Origin: a bacterium
GTDB lineage: Bacteria; Patescibacteriota; Patescibacteriia; Patescibacteriales; UBA12465
NCBI GenBank assembly: GCA_030696105.1
Contig: JAUYNJ010000001.1
Location: forward strand, 134,903 to 198,902
Length of the DNA: 64,000 nucleotides
Direction of reading: 5' to 3'
The translations under genes were made by a program, and so were the position numbers. Positions 56,476 through 64,000 of the stretch are shown here, one piece after another (within the stretch, counting starts at the first letter, position 1; each line of letters starts with the position of its first letter). Under the pieces are notes generated by a model, which worked only from the letters and a program-made list of their open reading frames with translations, had not been told where the DNA came from and made no database searches.

Positions 56476-56829
56476 CTACAAAAAGTGTGGATAATATTCT
56501 AAGGAGGCCTTACCGTTATGTACACTAATAATAATTAAGGCGTAAGAGACAGAGAGTTCCGAAATATTCATCTGCTCACAAAAGGCTCTGTGCGCTAGTC
56601 GCAAATGAGCCTTTTGTCTTTCTGATATGATATTTGTCGCCGCTCGATTTCGTCTTGTTTTAACTTCAAACAGGCAACAGTGATCGTCTTTGCGGGCGAT
56701 GATGTCAATTTCAAATCGCTTGATGCGATAATTGCGTCTAATATTTTCCCAGCCCAAGCTATGCAAATAAAGGGCTGCCGCCGCCTCACCTCGTTTACCT
56801 AAGTCCTGACGAGCATCGGCAGTGTTCAT
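56476..56829 (-). CDS. yraN: YraN-family nuclease
   Basis: LGKRGEAAAALYL, RNYR...EIDIIA, FEVKTR. Confidence 0.9.
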   Translation of the reverse strand: MNTADARQDLGKRGEAAAALYLHSLGWENIRRNYRIKRFEIDIIARKDDHCCLFEVKTRRNRAATNIISERQKAHLRLAHRAFCEQMNISELSVSYALIIISVHNGKASLEYYPHFL

Positions 56830-56881
56830 GATAATTTCAGATTAACTTTAACAAAAACCCCTCCAGTTGGAGGGGTTTATT

Positions 56882-57265
56882 TTAGGGAATGTATTTTTTG
56901 AATTCCTTGTCTTTTTCAATCTGCTCTTTCTTTAGTGGGATTAAGCGGTAGCTTTTTATTAATGGATATATCCAGGCGAGCATCACTAGCAGCCAGAGTA
57001 GCAACCAAAAGCGTGCCGATAAGAAAGCCGCTCTTTCGTAGTTAAAGAAGAAAAAAAAGACGCTGATTACAAGGTTGCTAAAACTGAAGGCATACATCCG
57101 GCTCCAAAACTTTTTGTATAAACCCTTTTTTCTTTGCTTAAAAGCAGTGAAGATTGTGGCTACAAGCAATAAGCCAAGAAAGCCCAAGAAAAGATTTGTA
57201 AATAGTGGCAACAGAGGTTCGGGGCGCATAGCGAACCAGAAGCGCCAAGTCAACAGGTTTTGCAT
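56882..57265 (-). CDS. Hypothetical membrane protein (3 TM)
   Basis: Hydrophobic helices, FLSARFW, KYIP C-terminus. Confidence 0.75.
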   Translation of the reverse strand: MQNLLTWRFWFAMRPEPLLPLFTNLFLGFLGLLLVATIFTAFKQRKKGLYKKFWSRMYAFSFSNLVISVFFFFFNYERAAFLSARFWLLLWLLVMLAWIYPLIKSYRLIPLKKEQIEKDKEFKKYIP

Positions 57266-57271
57266 AATTTT

Positions 57272-57823
57272 TTATGATTTATGAAATATTAATCCGTAAT
57301 GATAAGTTCCAGCTTCAAATTCAGTTTCAAGTACAAGACCCAGCTTTGGGGCTGCTTGTTTTAAGGCGTCTTTGCTAACGCGCTTATCACCGCTTGGGCC
57401 AAATGGGTTGTCGCTCGCTTTCCACTCAACAATTAACATCTTGCCTCCAGACTTTAGCATACGTACAGCTTCGCGCAATATCTCGACGCGTTTGCTAGAC
57501 TGGTGGATGACATTTATTAATAATACGCGGTCTAGACTTGAGCTCTCAATTTTTGTTCCTTTAAATATTTCCAGATTACTCCAGACGGTTTCAATTTGCT
57601 GCAGATTTTCCAACAAGGCTCTTTTGCGGATTTCCTCGAGCGTTGTTTTGAGGATATCGACGGCATAAAGGCGACCCCCCGCTCCGATTAACTTAGCGGT
57701 CGGAAAAACAAAGTAGCCAAAATTGCCACAACCGAGCTCAGCAACGTGATGGTTCTCGCTTATAGTTATTTTATTCAAAATACCATGAATGTCAAATAAT
57801 GTGGTATTAGTTTGTTTGTTCAT
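57272..57823 (-). CDS. Class I SAM-dependent methyltransferase
   Basis: VAELGCGNFG, LYAVDI, LKSGGKMLIVEWK. Confidence 0.85.
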   Translation of the reverse strand: MNKQTNTTLFDIHGILNKITISENHHVAELGCGNFGYFVFPTAKLIGAGGRLYAVDILKTTLEEIRKRALLENLQQIETVWSNLEIFKGTKIESSSLDRVLLINVIHQSSKRVEILREAVRMLKSGGKMLIVEWKASDNPFGPSGDKRVSKDALKQAAPKLGLVLETEFEAGTYHYGLIFHKS

Positions 57824-58484
57824 ATGATTCTTCAACTAAGATTTGGCGTTGAATAAGGCTTTCTCGGCCATATTTCTTCTTGGCGCTAATGGTAATGTTG
57901 TTTAAACCCCTTTTTAGCCTTATTTCATGAGTAAAGCTTCCATCCTCTGTGCTCATGATGCTGGTATTGTTAATACTTATTTCAGTTTCGGGGTCACTTT
58001 TACCCTTAACTTCGATTAATAAGGCATTCGTAATCAAATTTTCGCTTGGATACTCCAGGCTTAAGTCCGGCGCGAGAGTGAGACGTCTAAAATAGATTAG
58101 TAGGTATAAAAGAAAAATGCAGAATAAGCCGATTAATAGTGCATTGCGGATAATTTTGGGAAAGACGAGAAACTTATGGCGACGGAGAATTTTTTGTGAA
58201 AAGGGATTGTCGCCAGTCTTCTCTTCGGAGTAGGGGGTAAGGCGGACAAGCTTGCGGTAGTCAAGTTTAAGTAACTGACTGTATTCTTTTAGAAACTGAC
58301 GACCATATAAGCCAGAAGGTAAGCGGTCATATTCCTCATTTTCAAGAGCGGCAAGATATTCTACGCGTATGTGTAAAATTTCAGCAGCATCTTTTAGCGT
58401 CGCCTTTTTATCTTCTCGAGCGCGGCGAAGTTTTTCACCCACTCTTTCTTCGGTTGCGAGCGTTTTCAAGGTGAACAGGGACAT
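57807..58484 (-). CDS. RodZ-like HTH membrane protein with a C-terminal Ig-like domain
   Basis: VGEKLRRARE, YLAALENEEYDRLP..LYGRQFLKEYS, one TM helix, LKRGLNNITISA. Confidence 0.85.
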   Translation of the reverse strand: MSLFTLKTLATEERVGEKLRRAREDKKATLKDAAEILHIRVEYLAALENEEYDRLPSGLYGRQFLKEYSQLLKLDYRKLVRLTPYSEEKTGDNPFSQKILRRHKFLVFPKIIRNALLIGLFCIFLLYLLIYFRRLTLAPDLSLEYPSENLITNALLIEVKGKSDPETEISINNTSIMSTEDGSFTHEIRLKRGLNNITISAKKKYGRESLIQRQILVEESYEQTN

Positions 58485-58510
58485 GGGTATATTATTAATT
58501 TCTTATAGTA

Positions 58511-58912
58511 TTAAGTGACAGTCGAGGCTGTGTAGGTGCCGTCCCAGCTTATGCCCATGGTATCTAGAACAAGGCGGATAATAACAAAACTCGCGAAGAC
58601 AATGACAAGGCCGATAGTGGCGGCAATCAGAATATTTTTAGCCTTGCCAACCTTTTCGCTGCTGCCTGAAGAAATTAAAAACATTAAACCACCATAGACA
58701 AACATGAGTAGCGCGAGTGAGCCGACAACACCTAAGATTATACGCGAAGCTCTAATGGCGAGAAGCACCATGTCATCTAAGTCATAGTTACCTTGCGCGT
58801 ACTTTGGATCTTCAGTGTTGATAATAGACTGGGCAAGAGTAGGCTCCGGAAGAGCAAGTGGAATTAAAAAGAGGGCGAGAATAAAAGCGGCGATTGATAA
58901 TTTTTTTATCAT
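58511..58912 (-). CDS. TrbC/VirB2-like pilin
   Basis: GSLALLMFVYGGLMFLISSGSSEKVGKAK. Confidence 0.8.
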   Translation of the reverse strand: MIKKLSIAAFILALFLIPLALPEPTLAQSIINTEDPKYAQGNYDLDDMVLLAIRASRIILGVVGSLALLMFVYGGLMFLISSGSSEKVGKAKNILIAATIGLVIVFASFVIIRLVLDTMGISWDGTYTASTVT

Positions 58913-58916
58913 AGTA

Positions 58917-60287
58917 TTAATTAACCGTTTGCTGTACTTTGGCAGCGCCGGCATTGATAGCGTCTATAATCTTATCTAAATTTTCACTCGCAGATTTTAT
59001 CATTTCAGCAATAGCGGTCTCAGCTGCTTGCGCATTCTTTCCTTTATACCAACTTTTAGCGGTTAAAAGTTGAGAAGCAAAGACGCCGATTTCATCGTCA
59101 TTTCTCTGTTCGGAGACTAATGAGCGTAGGGCGGTTGGCTTACCGCTTATTTCTAAATACTTCTTAGCCTGCTGTTCTTTGGTTGCAAATATTACGAAAT
59201 CCCAGGCCTCATTTGGATATTTACTTTTCTTTGAAACCGTTTCAATCCAGTAGTTGGCAAAGTTTACTTCAACTGGGCTCCCTTCAATCTGTGGCAATTT
59301 GCTAACGGAAAAGTTTAATTTAGGAGACATCGCTTTAATAGTCGCGACATGATACGAATAGCCAAACATCATTGCTAGCTTGCCGCTGGCAAATAATTCA
59401 ATTGAGTTTGGTAATTCATCGTTCCAAGAATAAACTTCTTTCCCGGGATTGGCAAAATCGATATAGAAGCGTAGCGCCTCTAATCCCGGGTTATATTTAT
59501 TTTCTCTGTTTGCTTGGGGTAAGACGTGAAATAAGACACGACTTCCTTCCATCATAGTCGCACCATTTTGCATCATTAAAATAGAAAGAATGTCACTATA
59601 GCGCTCGATATTAGTGCCCCCGCCTAAAGCAATGCCGGACTGAACAAGTCCGAGAACAGCATCTTGGCGGGTTAATTTCTTTACGTTTTGCTGAAACTCT
59701 TTATTCCAGTATAAAGGGGCCTGCACAATACTAGCGTTATTAAAAAGGTCGCGGTTGTAAAATAAAGCTAAGGTGTCTACTGACAGAGGCAGGCCGTAAA
59801 CCTGATTATCACTCATAACAACATCGCCGTAGACGACGTCAATAAAGCGGTCCTTGATTTCTTTTAAGGTCGGGCTTTTAACAGTTTGTAGTTGCGGAAT
59901 AACTTCTTTTTTAATAGAGCCCTGTTCAATTGGATAAGCCATAGTGATGTTATCGGGCATCGGGGTTAATTTATTCAGGTACTTTGGCATCCAAGTGTTG
60001 TGGATTGAAAGAATGTCAGGACCGCGATCTTCGGCAAGTGCGTTTAGCAATTCAACTTCATACTCATCGTAACGGAGTTTGCGATAAGTTATATTAATAT
60101 TTGGATGAATGGTGCGGTAAGATTCAATAATAGGTGCGAGTGTATCGGGTCCGTCAAAAACACGCCAGTACGACAAGGTTATCGGCTGCATGGCTTCTTG
60201 AGTTTTTTTATCAACTGTTTTACAACCAAATCCGGTTGTGAGCACAAAAATTCCGATTAAAAATAGGGCGAGAGTTTTTTTCGGCAT
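58917..60287 (-). CDS. Extracellular solute-binding lipoprotein (family 1)
   Basis: Lipobox TGFGC, PDI, YGLPLSVDTLALFYNRDLF, FASGKLAM. Confidence 0.88.
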   Translation of the reverse strand: MPKKTLALFLIGIFVLTTGFGCKTVDKKTQEAMQPITLSYWRVFDGPDTLAPIIESYRTIHPNINITYRKLRYDEYEVELLNALAEDRGPDILSIHNTWMPKYLNKLTPMPDNITMAYPIEQGSIKKEVIPQLQTVKSPTLKEIKDRFIDVVYGDVVMSDNQVYGLPLSVDTLALFYNRDLFNNASIVQAPLYWNKEFQQNVKKLTRQDAVLGLVQSGIALGGGTNIERYSDILSILMMQNGATMMEGSRVLFHVLPQANRENKYNPGLEALRFYIDFANPGKEVYSWNDELPNSIELFASGKLAMMFGYSYHVATIKAMSPKLNFSVSKLPQIEGSPVEVNFANYWIETVSKKSKYPNEAWDFVIFATKEQQAKKYLEISGKPTALRSLVSEQRNDDEIGVFASQLLTAKSWYKGKNAQAAETAIAEMIKSASENLDKIIDAINAGAAKVQQTVN

Positions 60288-60393
60288 AAATATATCACTA
60301 AGGTAAGACGCCCTCTTTATTGATGGGGGCGATTATTGTCATTATACCAAATTATCAGCAATTAAGTAAATCGAATAAATGCACTCCGCATTA

Positions 60394-61890
60394 CTATTTA
60401 TTGTCTAATCGATAGCTAAGCGCTTCGGCAATATGTCTCGGCAGAATATTATTTTCGGAGTCTAAATCGGCGATGGTACGCGCGACCTTAAATAGCCTAT
60501 CATAGGCGCGTGCCGACAACTTTAATGAATCAGCTGCTTGAAGAGCTAAGCTTTCTGCCTCTTTATTATCTTTTTGCCAGAAGCGTAAAACTACTGAAGG
60601 CGCTCGGGCATTTAGATGTGACTGACGTCTGAGTTGTTTTTTAGTAGCACTCTCAACTGCCAATAAGGGAGGCGCCTGTGCGTCACCCGCTATGCTTGAA
60701 AGTTCCGACGGCAATAAACGAGGGACGTTTAGCTGTAAATCAAAGCGATCAAGAATGGGCCCAGATATCCTTTGACGATATCTTTGAATACTTGTCTGTG
60801 AGCAGGTACAGGCTCGTCCGTCATCACCATCATAACCACAGGGACAGGGATTCATGGCGGCGAGTAGCAAAAAGTCGGCGGGAAAGTGGAGGTGGTTATC
60901 AGCGCGACTAATCAAAATCTGGCCTTGTTCAATTGGTTGTCTTAAGGCATCAATAATTACACGAGAAAACTCCGGGAGTTCATCTAAAAATAGGGCGCCA
61001 CGATGAGCTAGTGTAATTTCGCCGGGCTTAGGGCCACGACCACCACCCAATATAGACGCTAAGGACGCATTGTGGTGCGGAGCCCGAAAAGGGGGGCGAT
61101 GGAGCTGTTTAGCAACGCGGTCGAATTCGCCGGCAACGCTATATATTTGCGCCACTTCCAACTGTCTTTGCGGACTAAGATCAGGCAATAAGGCCGCTAG
61201 AGAGTTGGCGAGTAAGCTTTTGCCACTGCCAGGCGGTCCTATCATGAGCAGATTGTGACCCCCGGCAGCTGCAATCGTTAAGGCACGCTTTGCCTGTGTC
61301 TGCCCCTTAATATGACTCCAGGGGTTAACACTTTTCATTAAGACGGGCGTAGTTTCTGGCTTGAAAGCGGGTATATTAATTTCGCCCTTTAATTTGGCAA
61401 TCGTCTGTTTCAGATTTATGACAGGAATAATTTCTATGCCAGGTACTAAGGCCGCTTCAGCGGCATTACTTACTGCTAAATAGGCCGTTTTCAGGCCGGC
61501 TCTTTTAGCAGCCAGAATAAACGGCAGCACTGAGCGTAGAGGTCGGACCTCCCCATCAAGCGATAACTCCCCGCAAAATATTGATCGTTCAAAATCGAAC
61601 TTAAAGCGATTACTAAGACATAGTATGCAAACGGCAATAGGTAAATCATAGCCTGAGCCCCTCTTTTTTAAGTGTGCCGGTGCTAAGTTAACAGTTAATT
61701 TTCTTTTAGGATACGGCAGACCACAATTAACAAGAGCGCTTTTTACCCTTTCACGGGCCTCCGATATGGCTACATCAGGCAGCCCCACTATTGCTATTTG
61801 GCCGAACTCGCCACCGGCGCTGGTGGCTTCAACTTGAATTATTTCTGCGCCCAAGCCAGAGATGGCTGCTGTGAGTATGATTTCTGACAT
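60394..61890 (-). CDS. comM: ComM/YifB Mg-chelatase-like AAA+ helicase
   Basis: IVGLPD, VNLAPA.LKK.GSGYDLPIA, GPPGSGKS, FRAPHH, PGEITLAHRGALFLDE, AMNPCPCG, ARTIADL. Confidence 0.93.
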   Translation of the reverse strand: MSEIILTAAISGLGAEIIQVEATSAGGEFGQIAIVGLPDVAISEARERVKSALVNCGLPYPKRKLTVNLAPAHLKKRGSGYDLPIAVCILCLSNRFKFDFERSIFCGELSLDGEVRPLRSVLPFILAAKRAGLKTAYLAVSNAAEAALVPGIEIIPVINLKQTIAKLKGEINIPAFKPETTPVLMKSVNPWSHIKGQTQAKRALTIAAAGGHNLLMIGPPGSGKSLLANSLAALLPDLSPQRQLEVAQIYSVAGEFDRVAKQLHRPPFRAPHHNASLASILGGGRGPKPGEITLAHRGALFLDELPEFSRVIIDALRQPIEQGQILISRADNHLHFPADFLLLAAMNPCPCGYDGDDGRACTCSQTSIQRYRQRISGPILDRFDLQLNVPRLLPSELSSIAGDAQAPPLLAVESATKKQLRRQSHLNARAPSVVLRFWQKDNKEAESLALQAADSLKLSARAYDRLFKVARTIADLDSENNILPRHIAEALSYRLDNK

Positions 61891-61956
61891 AAATAAAACC
61901 ACTTAATATTAAGTGGCTTTATTATAACTGTTGGGTGTTAAATTTTTTTTAACATT

Positions 61957-64000
61957 TTAACTACGGAAAGCGTTAATATCATCCAGTCGAATACTTAGTA
62001 ATTGACTAACACCATCTGCTTTCATGGTGACGCCGTAGATAATGCTTGCTCGCTTCATTGAGGCGCGGTTATGAGTGATGGTGACAAACTGTGTTTTTGA
62101 TGATAGGTCATCAAGAATTTGAGCGAGGCGCTCAGAATTTGCCTCATCAAGAGCGGCGTCAACTTCATCAAGCACAACGAATGGGGAGGGATTCGCACTG
62201 ATGATGGCACAGATAAGGGCAATCGCGGTTAAGGCACGTTCACCACCAGATAACATCGAAATTGTCTGAATTTTTTTGCCTGGAGGAGTTGCTTGAATTT
62301 CGATACCGGCAAGCCCAAGAGAACTGCGCTTACGCAATAGTTTTAGGCGTTTAAAACGGTCATCTTCGCTGCTAGTAGAGGCAGCGTCAACTGTTACCCC
62401 TTCCTCATTATCTAAAGTTTCAAGTTTATCAATTTTAGCGGAGCCGCCATTGAATAGTATCTTAAAATATTCGCTGAATTTTTCAGATATAATTTTAAAT
62501 TCTTTTTCAAAGCGCTCTTTAATATTGATATCAAGCTCAGCAATTACTTTTTCAAGCGATTGAATCGCTGTGTCTAAATCAGCCGTTTGTTTTTCTAAGA
62601 AATTATAGCGTTCATTTGTTTCCGAATATTCTTTTTCGGTCTCAGGGTCGATGCCGCCAATCATTTCTAATTGATTTTTTAGTTCGTTGATGCGCTTACG
62701 TAAGCGGTCGTCGTCAAGACCGTCATCAGTTTCACTAGCGACGTATTCTTTGATTAAAGAAATTTCTAACTCATCGTCGCGGATATTATTTTCAAGATCT
62801 TCAAGTCTAGTTTCTTGTCTTGCCGCCTCTACCTTTAAGGCGTTTAATTCATTAGAGATAATGTTAAGGCCCGATTGTAGTCCTTGAATTTGCGATTGGA
62901 AGGCAAATAAACGGCGCTTTTCTTCATTCTGACGTTCATTTTCAGACTGCAACTCTGCTTGCCAGGAAGAAATCTGAGCATCAATTTCAGCTAAACGCTT
63001 ATTTAAGGCTGCCTTATCGCGATTAATCTTATCAGCGTCAAACTTCACCTGACTCTTGGCAATTTTTTCTTGGATGTCTTTTATTTCCTTGCCGAGCTGG
63101 CGCAATTTTTCATTCAGGTGACGCTGCTTGTCACTCTTTGAGGCAGTAGCTACACGACATTCATTAATTTCGTTGACTAGGCGTTGTCTGTCATTATATA
63201 GATTACCAGTCTGACTTTCAGTTAAGGCTTTTATTATTTCCTCCTCGAGGCTACTTAGCTGTTTGTTTAAAACTTCTTTTTCGTTGTTAATTTTTATAGC
63301 ATCAAACTTAACTTCGCTGCGGGCGATATTATCTTTGATTTCTTTAATTTCACGACTAGCTTGTATTTGCTGAGCTTCTAGTAGGCGACGACGCTCTTGT
63401 CTAGTTGAGAGCTCTAGGCGCAAATCATTAATTTCGGCTATTAAAGCTTGTCGGTCTTCGCTGTACTTAATAATCTCCTCCTGCAAGGTTCTAGCTTTTT
63501 CTAGCTTGGCTTCGTTTTCACCATCGATAAGAGTACGTATCTGCTTTTGAAATTCCTGCTTTGCTTCTTCAATCAAAGTTTTAATACGATCAAGATTTTC
63601 TTCATTTTTAATAGCATCAAGACGGCTTAAGAAGTTTTCGATACTTAAATTTATCTCATCACGACTGGCGACTGGTTTAGCGCTGGCTTTAATTTCACGA
63701 TTAATATTTTGTAATTCAGTATTACCTTGAGCAATCAAGCTATCAAGTTGCACTCGTTGTGAATCTAAACCGCTGACTTCACCACGTAAAGTGTCAACAT
63801 CTATTTTTGAAATCTCTTGATTAATGCTATCGAGAGCACGATTTAATTCGTCGTGTTTATTATTCAACCAAGCAACATCAAATTGACCTTGGGCTTCAAG
63901 GTTTGCTTCAAGCACAGCGTCCAGTCTCGCTAAACGCTTTAAGAGTTGATTCTTTTCTTCTTGTTTTGCCTCAGTCGCGCGCTTAATTTCCTCGCGACGG
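61957..64000 (-). CDS. smc: Chromosome segregation protein SMC (C-terminal part; continues beyond the window)
   Basis: Long coiled coil, LSGGERAL signature, PFVVLDEVDAALDEAN, ITHN. Confidence 0.93.
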   Translation of the reverse strand, partial: RREEIKRATEAKQEEKNQLLKRLARLDAVLEANLEAQGQFDVAWLNNKHDELNRALDSINQEISKIDVDTLRGEVSGLDSQRVQLDSLIAQGNTELQNINREIKASAKPVASRDEINLSIENFLSRLDAIKNEENLDRIKTLIEEAKQEFQKQIRTLIDGENEAKLEKARTLQEEIIKYSEDRQALIAEINDLRLELSTRQERRRLLEAQQIQASREIKEIKDNIARSEVKFDAIKINNEKEVLNKQLSSLEEEIIKALTESQTGNLYNDRQRLVNEINECRVATASKSDKQRHLNEKLRQLGKEIKDIQEKIAKSQVKFDADKINRDKAALNKRLAEIDAQISSWQAELQSENERQNEEKRRLFAFQSQIQGLQSGLNIISNELNALKVEAARQETRLEDLENNIRDDELEISLIKEYVASETDDGLDDDRLRKRINELKNQLEMIGGIDPETEKEYSETNERYNFLEKQTADLDTAIQSLEKVIAELDINIKERFEKEFKIISEKFSEYFKILFNGGSAKIDKLETLDNEEGVTVDAASTSSEDDRFKRLKLLRKRSSLGLAGIEIQATPPGKKIQTISMLSGGERALTAIALICAIISANPSPFVVLDEVDAALDEANSERLAQILDDLSSKTQFVTITHNRASMKRASIIYGVTMKADGVSQLLSIRLDDINAFRS

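Overview
Chromosomal segment spanning the replication origin (dnaN-oriC-dnaA, rpmH-rnpA-yidD-yidC) of a small-genome bacterium. The gene content points to Patescibacteria/CPR (Parcubacteria/ABY1-like), an inference from many TrbC/VirB2-like pilin paralogues, Elp3, HppA, PpsA, mostly Shine-Dalgarno-less A-rich leaders and tRNA genes without encoded CCA. The window holds about 60 CDS, 8 tRNA genes and tmRNA with smpB. No integrase, transposase or CRISPR array was found. The most unusual signals are: (1) a 25.3-28.5 kb array of unrelated single-gene units sharing a leader plan (sigma70 promoter, boxA-like motif, in three cases a homologous ~55-bp imperfect inverted repeat, A/C-rich pre-ATG tract), with similar leaders on solitary ORFans at 2.7 and 51.2 kb; (2) an ORF-less ~250-nt promoter-to-terminator unit with a tRNA-like domain inside that array; (3) a 155-bp structured mini-element flanked by a duplicated tRNA-Leu 3' end; (4) eight variant parS-like palindromes near oriC; (5) Elp3 co-oriented with a Trm9/ALKBH8-like methyltransferase; (6) a six-gene tandem pilin array next to a GT-C-like enzyme, YraN and ComM. 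All calls come from reading the sequence by eye; no searches were run.
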